A stretch of DNA of 64,000 nt. It comes from Pseudomonadota bacterium (GTDB taxonomy: Bacteria; Pseudomonadota; Gammaproteobacteria; Burkholderiales; Rhodocyclaceae). The position numbers and the translations under genes are program-made. Of this stretch, positions 18,836 through 29,236 are shown in pieces. Every line of letters starts with the position of its first letter. Position 1 is the first letter of the stretch. Below the pieces are notes generated by a model. It had not been told where the DNA came from, did no database searches, and saw only the letters and a program-made list of their open reading frames with translations. The stretch covers positions 23,840-87,839 of the forward strand of contig JBDRPN010000002.1 of NCBI GenBank assembly GCA_043826925.1, in the 5' to 3' direction.

Positions 18836-19375
18836 TCAGCGCCCGCGCAGAGGCAGTGCCGGCGCCGCTTCATAACGGATCACCAGGTCCAGCGTGCTGG
18901 CCACTGCCTGCGATCCCGCCTGCGCCGGGGTCAGGCGCGCCTGCGCGAAACGGCTCACCAGGCCGTCGAGCAATTCCTTCGGCACCGGGTCGCTATTGAT
19001 CACCATGACGCGGTCAACCGCGCCCAGTGCGCTGACATGGAGACGCAGGGTCAGGCTGCCGGAAAACGGCACCGCTATCTCCTCCAGATCCGCAAGGTCG
19101 GGCTCGACCAGAAAACGGGCCTTGCGCGTCAGCTTGCCGGCGGCATCGGCCGGCGCGGCGGCGGTCTGCGCCGGCGGCGACGATGTGGGGGCGGGTTCTG
19201 CGGCCGCAAGCGCCGGGGCTTCGGTGACTTCCTTGCTTGCCAGGACCACGGTCAGCGTGACCGCCTTCGCACTGCGCGTCAGGTGACCGGCGAACTCGGC
19301 GGACAGCAGCCAGCCGAGGCCAAGGTGCAGCGCCAGCGAGATGGCCAGGGGCCAGGCCAGAGGCGAAGAATTCAA
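18836..19375 (-). CDS. TonB-like protein (N-terminal TM anchor, Pro/Ala linker, TonB-C-like domain)
   Basis: TTG start overlaps the regulator stop (TTGA); AISLALHLGL TonB-type TM with SxxxH; LRLHVSALGAVDRV...FAQARLTPA. Confidence 0.55.
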   Translation of the reverse strand: MNSSPLAWPLAISLALHLGLGWLLSAEFAGHLTRSAKAVTLTVVLASKEVTEAPALAAAEPAPTSSPPAQTAAAPADAAGKLTRKARFLVEPDLADLEEIAVPFSGSLTLRLHVSALGAVDRVMVINSDPVPKELLDGLVSRFAQARLTPAQAGSQAVASTLDLVIRYEAAPALPLRGR

Positions 19376-20004
19376 TCGAAAAGCCTGTGTTCGATCGCGT
19401 AGCGGATCAGGTCGGCGTTGTTGCCGATGCCGAGTTTTTCCATCAGGTGGGTCTTGTGGGTGGTGACGGTCTTCGGGCTGAGATGCAGCAGTTCGGCGAT
19501 CTGGTTCAGCATCACGCCCTGGGCGATCAGGCGCAGCACTTCCCATTCGCGCGGGCTCAGGCTCTGGTGCGCGGCGCCACCGGCGTGGGCAGCCGCGTCG
19601 AAAGCCAGCGAGGCGGCGACCGAGGGATCGATGAAGCGCTCGCCGGCGCCGACCCGGGTCACGGCAGTGAACAGCGTATCCGGACTCGATCCCTTGGTGA
19701 TATAGCCGGAAGCGCCGGCCTGCAGCGCGCGCCGCACCGTTCCCGGTTCGTCGTGCATGCTCAGCACCAGGATCGGCAATGCGGGTTGCGCCTTGCGGAT
19801 CTGCTCGATCAGGCTGGTGCCGGAGGCGCCGGGCATGGTCAGGTCCATGACGATCAGTTCGGCGCCACCGGCGTTCGCCGCCGCCAGCGCTTCCGCTGCA
19901 TTGGTGGCTTCCTGCACCACTTCGATGCCGGCGAAGGAATGCAGCATCTGCCTGAGGCCGACGCGGAACAGCGTGTGGTCGTCGGCGATGATGATCCTGA
20001 TCAT
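19372..20004 (-). CDS. NarL/FixJ-family response regulator (RR1)
   Basis: IIIADDH, MDLTMPG, LSMH, GYITK receiver motifs; LuxR HTH LSPREWEVL...SPKTVTTHK. Confidence 0.93.
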   Translation of the reverse strand: MIRIIIADDHTLFRVGLRQMLHSFAGIEVVQEATNAAEALAAANAGGAELIVMDLTMPGASGTSLIEQIRKAQPALPILVLSMHDEPGTVRRALQAGASGYITKGSSPDTLFTAVTRVGAGERFIDPSVAASLAFDAAAHAGGAAHQSLSPREWEVLRLIAQGVMLNQIAELLHLSPKTVTTHKTHLMEKLGIGNNADLIRYAIEHRLFD

Positions 20005-21254
20005 GGTGAGTTCGTGCTCCCTTCTGCGTGGTCGGCCTTGAGTGGAACCTGCGGCAGTGTGACCGCCAGCCGCGTGCCGCTGCCGGGGCTGCTGTCGATT
20101 TCCAGCGTGCCGCCGAGCGCTGTGACGCGCTCGGATATGCCGAGCAAGCCGAAGTGCGCGGCATGGTCGACTTCCGGTACGTCGAAGCCCTTGCCGTCGT
20201 CTTCCAGCAGCAGTCGCATTTCACCCCGATCATGGCTCAGCGTGATGTCGACGTTCTGCGCGCCAGCGTGACGAACGATATTGGAAAGCGATTCCTGGAC
20301 GATGCGGAACAATGCGATTGCATAATCGTCGTCGAGGCGATCGGCCGTCTGGGTAAATGAAATGCCGTAGCGGATGCCGGCCGCCCCGAGCATGCGCGCC
20401 GCCACCCATTCCACCGCGGCAGTGAGACCAAGGTTGAGCGCCGCCGGTCGCAGGTCGGAGGCGATCGCCTTCACGCTGCGGTAGGCTTCGGCGATCATCG
20501 TCTCGATGTTGCGCGCGGCCTCGCGTGCCGCCGCCGAATCGGCCGGCAGGCTGCGTTCGAGCAATTGCAGATGCATGCGCGCGGTGGTCAACACCTGGCC
20601 CAGTTCGTCGTGGAATTCGCGCGCCAGGCGTGCGCGCTCCTGCTCGATGCGTGCTTCACGATGACTGGCCAGTTGCCGCAATTCCTGGCGCGAGCGTTCG
20701 AGATCCTGCTGGGTCTGCTTGAGGGCCGTCACGTCGAGGATCACGCCATGCACCACGCGCGTGCCGTCTGCCGCGAACTCCGTCGTGGTGCGGATCTGCA
20801 ACCAGCGCGGGCTGTCGCCGGCGAGCAGGCTGCGCCCGATCCATTCGAACTCGTGCGCCGCTGTCGCCGCCTGGCGCCAGACCAGGCCGGCAAGATCGTC
20901 GGGATGGATGCCGGCGAAAAATACCAGCGGATCGGCCAGCATTTCTGCCGCAGTACCCGGCAGCAAACGCACCACGCCGTCGCTGATGGAACGGAATCCG
21001 GGGGTCGGCGCGGCGACGTATTCGAACAAGGCCACCGGCAACTGGCTCGACAGCTGGCGCAGCCGGCCCTCAGAGGCGCGCAAGGCCAACTCGGCCTGGC
21101 GACGACGCGTCGTCAGCCCCTGACGCCGGCGCCACGACCAGAAGGCGAAGGCCATCATCACCGCCAGGGTGATGCCGATCAGCATCATCGCGGAAAGCGT
21201 CAGCTGCCGCGATGATGCGACGGTAATGTCCGTTGCGGCATGGGCGAGCGACAA
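20001..21254 (-). CDS. PAS-containing HisKA_3 sensor histidine kinase (HK1)
   Basis: One TM, PAS-like segment, H-box AREFHDELGQ, FRIVQESLSNIVRHA, DDGKGF, FGLLGISER; start uncertain. Confidence 0.9.
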   Translation of the reverse strand: MSLAHAATDITVASSRQLTLSAMMLIGITLAVMMAFAFWSWRRRQGLTTRRRQAELALRASEGRLRQLSSQLPVALFEYVAAPTPGFRSISDGVVRLLPGTAAEMLADPLVFFAGIHPDDLAGLVWRQAATAAHEFEWIGRSLLAGDSPRWLQIRTTTEFAADGTRVVHGVILDVTALKQTQQDLERSRQELRQLASHREARIEQERARLAREFHDELGQVLTTARMHLQLLERSLPADSAAAREAARNIETMIAEAYRSVKAIASDLRPAALNLGLTAAVEWVAARMLGAAGIRYGISFTQTADRLDDDYAIALFRIVQESLSNIVRHAGAQNVDITLSHDRGEMRLLLEDDGKGFDVPEVDHAAHFGLLGISERVTALGGTLEIDSSPGSGTRLAVTLPQVPLKADHAEGSTNSP

Positions 21255-21367
21255 GTGGCGAACTCCGGGAACAGGGCTTGCGGCGCATTATAGACAGCGG
21301 GATGCCAGGGAAGTCACGCTGTGGTGCCGGCGAACCGCAGTCGGCGTGTCGGCGGCGGCCGCGCATC

Positions 21368-21404
21368 GCCGCTGGCGGCGGCACAACGCCGTGCCGCCAG
21401 CGGC
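21368..21404. promoter_or_regulatory. 12-bp perfect GC hairpin in the divergent HK1/fimT intergenic region
   Basis: gccgctggcggc / gccgccagcggc with 13-nt loop; function not assignable. Confidence 0.3.
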
Positions 21405-21573
21405 AACTCTGGCCGGGCACACCGTTCCGCCAGGGCCGGCAGTTGCGAGAATGGTGACGTCGGCATCGCGGAAGGTCAGGATTCCCTTATCGTCAATCCG
21501 CTTTCGCTGATGGCGCACAACGTCGGGAACGTGAATCATCAGCCTGTCTTCAAAGTACAGGCGGCGCAAGCAA

Positions 21574-22071
21574 ATGAAATCCGGCGGAAGTGCCAGTGGC
21601 GGTTTCACATTGGTCGAACTAATCATCGTCATGGTGGTAATGGCGATTTTGTTCGCCATTGCGCTTCCCGCGTTCACGGATTTCACCAACAGTAGCCGCC
21701 GCACCTCGGCCATAACACTGCTCGTAAGCGACTTGAATCAGGCGCGCGCCGAGGCGATAAAGCGAAACCGGCGCGCCCTGGTCTGCGTGCGAAACGCCGG
21801 CGGAACTGCATGCGGGAGCGGTACGGACTGGCAAAACGGCTGGTTGGTGTGCGCCGATGAGGATAGCGACAATGATTGCGCTGCCGCCGACATCATCAAC
21901 ACCCGTCCCGCGCTCGACAGCAGGCTGACCCTTGTCGGCAGCGCTGCGGTGATGCGCTTCAATGCGAGCGGAAGTGCGGTGGCGGGGACATTGACCCTTG
22001 ACGGTACATGGGCCGGCGCCACGCCGCGGGTTATCACCATAGCCGCGACCGGGCGCGTCTCCAGTCTGTAG
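21574..22071 (+). CDS. fimT: FimT/GspH-family minor pilin (cassette 1)
   Basis: Prepilin G-FTLVEL; LNQARAEAIKR, WQNGWLV. Confidence 0.88.
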   Translation: MKSGGSASGGFTLVELIIVMVVMAILFAIALPAFTDFTNSSRRTSAITLLVSDLNQARAEAIKRNRRALVCVRNAGGTACGSGTDWQNGWLVCADEDSDNDCAAADIINTRPALDSRLTLVGSAAVMRFNASGSAVAGTLTLDGTWAGATPRVITIAATGRVSSL

Positions 22072-22082
22072 CTCAATCCATC

Positions 22083-22598
22083 GTGAATATTTTCGCATCG
22101 GGATCCATAAGTCGAGATCGCCAACAAGGCATGTCGTTGATTGAAGTTATGGTCGCGATCGTGATCATCGCGATTGCCCTGTTCGGCACCGCAAGCCTGC
22201 AGATGTCGGCCATGCGGCTGGGGCAGGGCGGCGTGCTGCGCAGTCACGCGGTGTTTTTGGCGCAGGACATCGCCGAACGAATGGAAAGCAATGCAGCCGG
22301 CGCGATCGCAGGATCCTATGCGGTCACCCTGACAAGCACTCCGCCCGCTGTCGATACGACTTGTGAAACCGCAGCATGCGCCCAGGCGGCGTTGGCCGCC
22401 TATGACGTCGCGCAATGGGCCAATACCGTCAGCATGGCGCTGCCGCAAAGCTCCTGGTCGATCACCCACACGGTTACCGGTACGCCAAGCACCTACACGA
22501 TCGTGGTGAGTTGGATCGACCGCCGTACCAAGACCTCTGACACAAGCGTCGGCGCGATCGCCGAATCCTTCACTCTGACGCGAACGATCCTCGATTGA
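22083..22598 (+). CDS. pilV: Type IV pilus modification protein PilV (cassette 1)
   Basis: G-MSLIEVMVAIVI; AQDIAERMESN; DVAQWANTV...LP; GTG start. Confidence 0.88.
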   Translation: MNIFASGSISRDRQQGMSLIEVMVAIVIIAIALFGTASLQMSAMRLGQGGVLRSHAVFLAQDIAERMESNAAGAIAGSYAVTLTSTPPAVDTTCETAACAQAALAAYDVAQWANTVSMALPQSSWSITHTVTGTPSTYTIVVSWIDRRTKTSDTSVGAIAESFTLTRTILD

Positions 22599-22602
22599 AA
22601 TC

Positions 22603-23631
22603 ATGAATACGCCCGTTTCCGCACCGCGCCGGCGCTTTTCGATCCCGACGGGCCGGGCCAAGGGTTTCAGCCTGATCGAAATGATGGTTGCCATGACCAT
22701 CGGCCTGGTGATTATCGTTGCCCTGCTCGGCATGCTGGCAAGCAGCTGGACTGGCGCAAGTTCAAATCGACGTACGTCGGAAATCGAATTCGATGGCCGC
22801 TATGCGCTCGATACGATACTCAACGACCTGCGTCATGCAGGGTTTCGCGGTAACAGTTGGGCCGAACCGACGGTGCCGACTACCGCGATCACGCCGATCA
22901 CCGACGAGTGCCTCCCGGCGGGCGCCGCGGCCGGCAGTTTCGTTTCCAATCTCCGGCAAGGGGTGTGGGGCGCGAACGACAGCAATCCATTCAGTGCGAA
23001 CTGCATTCCTGCGGCCTCCTATCTGCGCGGCGACATTCTGGTAATTCGCAAGGTGGCGAGCATTCCGGTCACTGCGCTGGCGGCCAATACGTTGTACTTT
23101 CGTTCCACCTACAACGCCGGGGAGATCTTCCGCGGAGTCCCCGCCACCGGCTGTGCGGCCCCTGTCTCGACCTATGCCGCCCCATTCGACAAGGTGCCCT
23201 GCATCGCCGGCACTCCGTCACAGGGTCTGGACGATTTCGCGCTCCAAACCTACGTGTACGGGATAGGTCCTTCGGCCGACGATGCAAGCGTGCCGGCGCT
23301 ATACCGCATATCGTTGCAGGCCGATGGGTCTATGACTTCAGAGTTAATTGCCAATGGCATCGAACACCTGCAGGTGCAATACGGACGCCACACCACGGAC
23401 CTGAACACCCGCTACTACAATGCCAATGCCATTGCCGGATCGTCGGTCGATACCTCGGTAACCGAATGGGATGACGTCGACACAGTGCGCGTGTGGATTC
23501 TGGCACGGAGCGCCACCGCAGAGCCTGGCTATACCAATACCGGCACCTATACGATGGGTGACACGAGCTATACGGTGAATGACGGATTCCGCCGCAACTT
23601 GCGGTCTGCTCTGGTTCACCTGCGCAACTGA
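22603..23631 (+). CDS. pilW: PilW-family minor pilin (cassette 1)
   Basis: G-FSLIEMMVAMTIG; GRYALDTILNDLRHAG; GIEHLQVQYG; VRVWILARS. Confidence 0.88.
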   Translation: MNTPVSAPRRRFSIPTGRAKGFSLIEMMVAMTIGLVIIVALLGMLASSWTGASSNRRTSEIEFDGRYALDTILNDLRHAGFRGNSWAEPTVPTTAITPITDECLPAGAAAGSFVSNLRQGVWGANDSNPFSANCIPAASYLRGDILVIRKVASIPVTALAANTLYFRSTYNAGEIFRGVPATGCAAPVSTYAAPFDKVPCIAGTPSQGLDDFALQTYVYGIGPSADDASVPALYRISLQADGSMTSELIANGIEHLQVQYGRHTTDLNTRYYNANAIAGSSVDTSVTEWDDVDTVRVWILARSATAEPGYTNTGTYTMGDTSYTVNDGFRRNLRSALVHLRN

Positions 23632-23641
23632 GATCCACGTC

Positions 23642-24208
23642 ATGGCGCCCAACTCCACTCTCGGTTCTCGCCTCGCACAAGACGGCTCGGCCCTGATTTC
23701 GAGCTTGCTGATCCTTATTCTGATCATGATCATCGGCGTCACGTCGATGAGTATTTCCGACATCCAGTTCAAACTCGCCGGCAATCTGCAGTTTCAGTCC
23801 ACGGCGATGAGCAGTTCCGAAACCGCCGTGGTCGAGGCCGAGAACTGGCTGGCCACAGGGAGCAACTACCTGAATGGCGGGTTCACTACCTATTCCAGCG
23901 CAACCACACCGTATCTGCATCCCATCGGGCACGTGGCCGGCTTGACCGCTCCCGGTAATGACGTGCTGACCATGACTTGGGACAACAGTAATTCGATTGA
24001 GGCGGCCACCAGTGCCGGTGGGTCGCAACGCTACCTCATCGAACTGCTCGCGCAGAACGTCAAGCTGCTCGGCGACGACGTGTCGTCGGGGGGGCGCAAG
24101 AGTACGGCTTGCAGTCAGGTCAACATTTACCGGGTCACGGCTCGCGGCGTCAGTGCACGCAACGCGACCAGATTCGTACAGACGAATTACAGCGTATTGA
24201 GCTGTTAG
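23642..24208 (+). CDS. pilX: PilX-family minor pilin (cassette 1)
   Basis: G-SALISSLLIL lacking Glu5 as typical of PilX; YRVTARG C-terminal motif. Confidence 0.85.
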   Translation: MAPNSTLGSRLAQDGSALISSLLILILIMIIGVTSMSISDIQFKLAGNLQFQSTAMSSSETAVVEAENWLATGSNYLNGGFTTYSSATTPYLHPIGHVAGLTAPGNDVLTMTWDNSNSIEAATSAGGSQRYLIELLAQNVKLLGDDVSSGGRKSTACSQVNIYRVTARGVSARNATRFVQTNYSVLSC

Positions 24209-24222
24209 AAAGGACGAGCATC

Positions 24223-27200
24223 ATGATTGCGTCGACCAAGAAAGAGTACTGGGCGGGAGGCCTTTTCTTCCTGGTTCTCGCCACAGCAATGATCCGGCTT
24301 GCCATTGCGCTGACCGCGTTCAATCCGGCAACTCAACCAACCGGATACATTGCGCAGAACGAGGTCAGCAATTTCAACCTCAGGTCCGGTACCGAGACGC
24401 TTTTCCGCACCGAGTACGAGAAGGAGTTCTACAGCGGAAACCTGTATGCCTACAGGATAAATGCGGCGGGAGAGTTTTCTGCGGACGCGGAAACCTGGGC
24501 GGGCGGCGCCGCCGCGCATATCGATTTGCAGAATTTCGACACCGGGCGGCTCATTGCCACGATGAAGGACGATGGTACCGGGACTGCGTTTCGCTGGAGC
24601 GGGACGAGCAGCCTGTCTGCCGCGCAGGCGGCCTTGATCGGCGACGCCACACTGGGTCCGGATATCCTAAATTACCTGCGCGGCGACCGCAGCAACGAAG
24701 TTCAGCTCGGAGTTGGAAGCTTTCATCAAAGGGCATCTGCGCTGGGCGACATCGTGCATTCACGCCCCTTTTTCGTGAGCGACAGCACTGATCCGACGAT
24801 ATTCGTCGGTGCCAATGACGGCATGCTGCACGCCATCAATGCAGACCAGGTGAATGGTGGTGATGAGCGCTGGGCCTATGTGCCATCGATGCTGCTCTCC
24901 AAGATCAAGAGCCTTTCCACCATTCCATTCGTGCGTGACTACTATGTCGATGGCCAGATCAATGTCGCGACCATCTTGTCCGGCAGCAAGCGGATACTGG
25001 TGGGCGGCCTGGGGGCGGGCGGCAAGGGTCTGTATGCGCTGAATATCACCGGCAATGCCGGCCTGACGGCGGCCAGCGAAGCTGCTGTCGCCGCCAAGGT
25101 GCTCTGGGAAATCACGCCGACCACGGTCAATTACGCCGCGCCGGCCACCGTCGGCGCCTACGCCAATCTGGGCTATACCTATGGCACGCCGACCATCGCC
25201 AAGGTGGCGGGTACCGACGCCGTCATAATCGGCAATGGCTACAACAACGGTGGCGACTATGGCGCTTACCTGTACGTCATCGATGCCAATACCGGCCAGC
25301 GCATCAAGGGGATCAAAGCCGGAACCAACGGTACGGTGGCCAGCCCGAATGGCATCTTTACCCCGGTCGCGGTAGACACCGACAACGACGGCTCTGTCGA
25401 TCTGGTCTTTGCCGGAGACCTCTACGGCACCCTGTGGAAGTTCACCCTGGCCACCGACACCGCGACAGCCCTGTTTGCATCCGGGCAACCGATCACCGGC
25501 ACCCCTGCGGTTTCACTGCATCCGAACGGCGGCTACATGATCAATTTCGCCACGGGTGCGATGTTCACCACCGCGGATACCACCGACACCACAGTGCACT
25601 ATGCCTACGGTATTTGGGATGGTGCAGTTGCCGGCAGTATAGTCACGCAGACCCTGACCGAGCGGGTCTTTGGCACCACGCGGGTGCGCCAGGTCACTAC
25701 GAATCCGATGGACTGGACCACCGACAAGGGCTGGAGGGTCGCCCTGCCGGCGGGTGAAAAGGTGGTCGGTGAGGGCAGCTATGTCGCCAACCAGCGTTTT
25801 TACTTTACCTCCCACAATCCGAACGTCAGCACGTTGATCTCGGGTACCTCGACAACCGTGCACGGCGAGAACTGGCTGATGGAGCTGGATTATCTTTCCG
25901 GCGGCAACAAGAACCAGCCCTTCCTCGACCTGAGTGCCGATCTGTTGCTTAACGACAGCGACCGAATTCTCTATCTGGCCAGCGACACCTACGTCGCCAC
26001 CGATGTTTATACAGCTTACGATGATCCACCGCCTCCGGGCAAGATCGTCGGCGACGTGATTGCCGCCGGACTGGTGGGAGACACCGTCGCCACCGGCCGC
26101 GTTGGCCGGCCCATACCCCACTCGGCGGGCATTCCGGTCGGCAAGTTTCTCGATATCGGTGTCGAATCGCAACCGATTCTGGTGCAACTGGTCACGCTCA
26201 ACGACACCTTGTTCAACCAGAGCCCCGACGTCAGCTTCCCGGTGATCACCGAATTGACCGCGGGCGGACGCGGCGTCGCGGGCGGGCATTTCGACGTCGA
26301 TAATTACTACAACGGGTCGTCGTCGACTTCCGGCGGCACCAAGGCCACGGCCACCATCACTGTCGGTACCACCGGTCAGCTCGCCGGCGTGGCAGCCACG
26401 CTCGGCATCATCTCGCTGGACGGCGTCACCGTCTTTCCTGCGCTGACGACCAGCGACATCACCAGTGGCACGGCCACCACCACCAATGCCACCACCATCA
26501 AGAACAAGGTCACGGGGGGCTTTTCCGCGACGGTCTCGGGTTCGACCATCACCATCAGCGCGCCGCAGATCGGCACCTTCTACAACGGCAAGACGCTCAC
26601 CATCGCGGCGGGCACCTCGGAGCCCGTGGTCCCAGCCACGCCCGCGGTCAGCAAGATCGTCATCGGCGCCCAGCCCGTGGGGCAGAACACCCGCATCACG
26701 GATGTCAGCTTCGACGGCAGTTCGATTCTGCCCGGCACCGTTAACTTCCTCGCCGGATCGTCGGAAAGCGACATCGCGACTGCGCTTGCGGCAGCGCTGA
26801 CGACCCCGAGCGGATTCGGCAAGACCATCACCACGACCAACGTTCCCAACGACACCATCACCTTCACCGCGACCACCGACGGCGGATCCGCCAAAGCGAT
26901 CGTCGTCACCAGCAGCGCGGCGGCGCCAGTTGCGGCGGCTGCCGGTGTTCCGGCAACAAGACCGACCGGCTTCATCAGGTTCGACGGCGGAACCACCAAT
27001 AATTTCGGAACACCGAGGATCAACGATGACGTTTCCGGCCGCAGCATCAGGGTCGGCGGTATCAACGTGAATAGCGGTGACATCGAGCCGGGCAGAAACA
27101 AGACGGCGGTACAGGTCGCCGCGGCGGTTGTTGCCGATACCGGAACCGGCGGGACGGTGAAGGCCTACATCGGCGGCAACAGCATTACGCCCCTGTGCGA

Positions 27201-28683
27201 GGCCGAGCCCAGTACCACCGTATGCCTGGTCCATACCGGGACCTACAGCAATGGCTCGAACGTACAGGTTGGGAGCAGCAGCGGTTTCAATTCGGTTACC
27301 TATACGACGTCCGCAACCTCGGGCGGTACTGCCGGCTCTGCTGCCGTGGCGGCGCAACCTGCCTATGACATACAGCCCACCACCGTGTCGTTTGTGGCGG
27401 GCGGCGGCGGCGGCTGGACCGATTTCGCCCCGGCGCTGACAACCGTTGCCTTCAGTGGCGGGGTCGACGGCACCACCACCGTGACGGGCACTGCGGCTTG
27501 TACAGGTGAGTCCGGCGCCAGATGCCAAACCAAGAATCACGTGCATGAGTACGACGACAAGTACGATCGTACCGGCATCAATTTCCTTGACGGTAGCGCG
27601 GGCGTGCACGATCTGGTCAGGGCCATCGGGACCGGCTCAAATGCCCAGTTCAAGGTCATCGTGCAGAATCAGTACCTGAGCCCCGCAGTGCAACTGCATA
27701 TCGGCGATCCAAGCTACGTCTACAATGTTGACCAGGGATACATTCCGGTCAAGACCTACACGACCTCGGCGACGCTCGACCTGGCCGACCTGCCGACCTA
27801 TACCCTTGCCACCATCGGCAGTCTTGCCTTCAACATGCCGACCGACGCCTTCGACCAGAAGGATTGGTGGGCCGGCTATCTGGGTCTGCCGGCGGATGTG
27901 CGGGTCGGCCTGCACCCGACCCAGGCGAGTTGTGTCATGTCTTCGGCCGGTATCTACGACGGCAACATGATCCGGCCGATCATTCCTCCGGCCACGGTGA
28001 CAGCCTCGGGCAACGGCACCAGGGGTTACAACAGCGGTACCACGCCGTCGACGGCAACCGGCGTGCGTTTGAATGGCTCACTGGGCTTGCAGGTGATCAG
28101 CGCCAATACGGATAACAGCGAAATCGAACTGGCGGTGCCAGGGCGACCGGAGTATGGCTGGCGCCTCAAGTCCACCGCCTACCATAATCGCCTGCTGGCG
28201 GAATATGCCATTTACTGGCATAGCGAAACGCCGAGTCAGTGTTACGGAGATACCGGTTGGACCAAGCTCGGTGTGACGGATATGCGTCCCTGTGGCTCAT
28301 CCGACACGACCACGCCGGCTCCCGGGACGCAAAGATGCACCGCGGCGTCGACCACCAACCTGGGTACTGACCCGAAAATCGAGAATTTCGGCACCGGGTG
28401 TACCACCACTTTCACCAGTACGGGGAATGTGGAGGTGCGGACCACGAGGTGTGACGACGGCAAGGTGCAGATCATCACCAAGACCCGCAACGAAGATGGA
28501 ACGGTGACTATCCGCACGCAATACACGCCACCCACGGTTGATAACGGAACCGACCCCAACGTCGCCAGCGATACCACGGTCATCATTGCCGCCGATGGTG
28601 GGAAGACTACTTCGGGTGGCGACGAGCGCGGCCTGCAACCCCGTACCGGGCGCATTTCGTGGCGCGAGTTGATCCGGCCCTGA
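24223..28683 (+). CDS. pilY1: PilY1/PilC pilus-tip adhesin, atypical architecture (cassette 1)
   Basis: Propeller motifs LGDIVHSRP, FVGANDGMLHA, ERWAYVP, YVDG, Ca-loop DTDNDGSVD, terminal GRISWREL. Confidence 0.85.
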   Translation: MIASTKKEYWAGGLFFLVLATAMIRLAIALTAFNPATQPTGYIAQNEVSNFNLRSGTETLFRTEYEKEFYSGNLYAYRINAAGEFSADAETWAGGAAAHIDLQNFDTGRLIATMKDDGTGTAFRWSGTSSLSAAQAALIGDATLGPDILNYLRGDRSNEVQLGVGSFHQRASALGDIVHSRPFFVSDSTDPTIFVGANDGMLHAINADQVNGGDERWAYVPSMLLSKIKSLSTIPFVRDYYVDGQINVATILSGSKRILVGGLGAGGKGLYALNITGNAGLTAASEAAVAAKVLWEITPTTVNYAAPATVGAYANLGYTYGTPTIAKVAGTDAVIIGNGYNNGGDYGAYLYVIDANTGQRIKGIKAGTNGTVASPNGIFTPVAVDTDNDGSVDLVFAGDLYGTLWKFTLATDTATALFASGQPITGTPAVSLHPNGGYMINFATGAMFTTADTTDTTVHYAYGIWDGAVAGSIVTQTLTERVFGTTRVRQVTTNPMDWTTDKGWRVALPAGEKVVGEGSYVANQRFYFTSHNPNVSTLISGTSTTVHGENWLMELDYLSGGNKNQPFLDLSADLLLNDSDRILYLASDTYVATDVYTAYDDPPPPGKIVGDVIAAGLVGDTVATGRVGRPIPHSAGIPVGKFLDIGVESQPILVQLVTLNDTLFNQSPDVSFPVITELTAGGRGVAGGHFDVDNYYNGSSSTSGGTKATATITVGTTGQLAGVAATLGIISLDGVTVFPALTTSDITSGTATTTNATTIKNKVTGGFSATVSGSTITISAPQIGTFYNGKTLTIAAGTSEPVVPATPAVSKIVIGAQPVGQNTRITDVSFDGSSILPGTVNFLAGSSESDIATALAAALTTPSGFGKTITTTNVPNDTITFTATTDGGSAKAIVVTSSAAAPVAAAAGVPATRPTGFIRFDGGTTNNFGTPRINDDVSGRSIRVGGINVNSGDIEPGRNKTAVQVAAAVVADTGTGGTVKAYIGGNSITPLCEAEPSTTVCLVHTGTYSNGSNVQVGSSSGFNSVTYTTSATSGGTAGSAAVAAQPAYDIQPTTVSFVAGGGGGWTDFAPALTTVAFSGGVDGTTTVTGTAACTGESGARCQTKNHVHEYDDKYDRTGINFLDGSAGVHDLVRAIGTGSNAQFKVIVQNQYLSPAVQLHIGDPSYVYNVDQGYIPVKTYTTSATLDLADLPTYTLATIGSLAFNMPTDAFDQKDWWAGYLGLPADVRVGLHPTQASCVMSSAGIYDGNMIRPIIPPATVTASGNGTRGYNSGTTPSTATGVRLNGSLGLQVISANTDNSEIELAVPGRPEYGWRLKSTAYHNRLLAEYAIYWHSETPSQCYGDTGWTKLGVTDMRPCGSSDTTTPAPGTQRCTAASTTNLGTDPKIENFGTGCTTTFTSTGNVEVRTTRCDDGKVQIITKTRNEDGTVTIRTQYTPPTVDNGTDPNVASDTTVIIAADGGKTTSGGDERGLQPRTGRISWRELIRP

Positions 28684-28761
28684 CGGCCTGCCGACAACAA
28701 TGCCGGGAATACACAACACATACGCAACATGAACAGCCATACACCGAGAGGAGTCACGGAC

Positions 28762-29178
28762 GTGAAAAGAAGCGGAGCAAAGGGTTTCACCCTGATCGAA
28801 CTGATGATTGCGGCAGCCGTGATCGGTATCCTGCTGGCGATCGCGGTGCCCAACTATCAGGACTACATCCGGAAGGCATCGCGTTCGGCGGCCCAGTCCG
28901 AATTGCTCGAACTGGCCAGCATCCAGGAGAAGATCTTTCTCAACTCGAGCGCCTATGCGCTGAATGTCACCAGCGCCTATACCGGAACTTCCGCCGGAGG
29001 CCTGGGACGGACCAGCGGCACCACCCAGGACGGCAAGTACACCCTCGCGGTGACGCCCAGCGCAGGTGCCACCTACACGCTCACCGCAACTCCTGTGGCG
29101 GGAACATCGCAGGCGACCGATGGGGCCATATCGATCAATGAAGCCGGGCAGCGCTTGTGGGGAACCGTCGCCTGGTGA
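28762..29178 (+). CDS. pilE: PilE-type type IV minor pilin (cassette 1)
   Basis: [41 protein letters not shown]; GTG start after AGGAG. Confidence 0.88.
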   Translation: MKRSGAKGFTLIELMIAAAVIGILLAIAVPNYQDYIRKASRSAAQSELLELASIQEKIFLNSSAYALNVTSAYTGTSAGGLGRTSGTTQDGKYTLAVTPSAGATYTLTATPVAGTSQATDGAISINEAGQRLWGTVAW

Positions 29179-29236
29179 CTTGCGTGGCGCGCATGCCGCG
29201 CCGTTTCCAGTTTCACTTCATGACGGAGGTTTCAAA

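Noticed and set aside
24088-24094. G7 tract in pilX (also G7 at 313-319 and A7 near 29455) as phase-variation sites
   Set aside because: The tracts are short, in frame and expected at this GC content.
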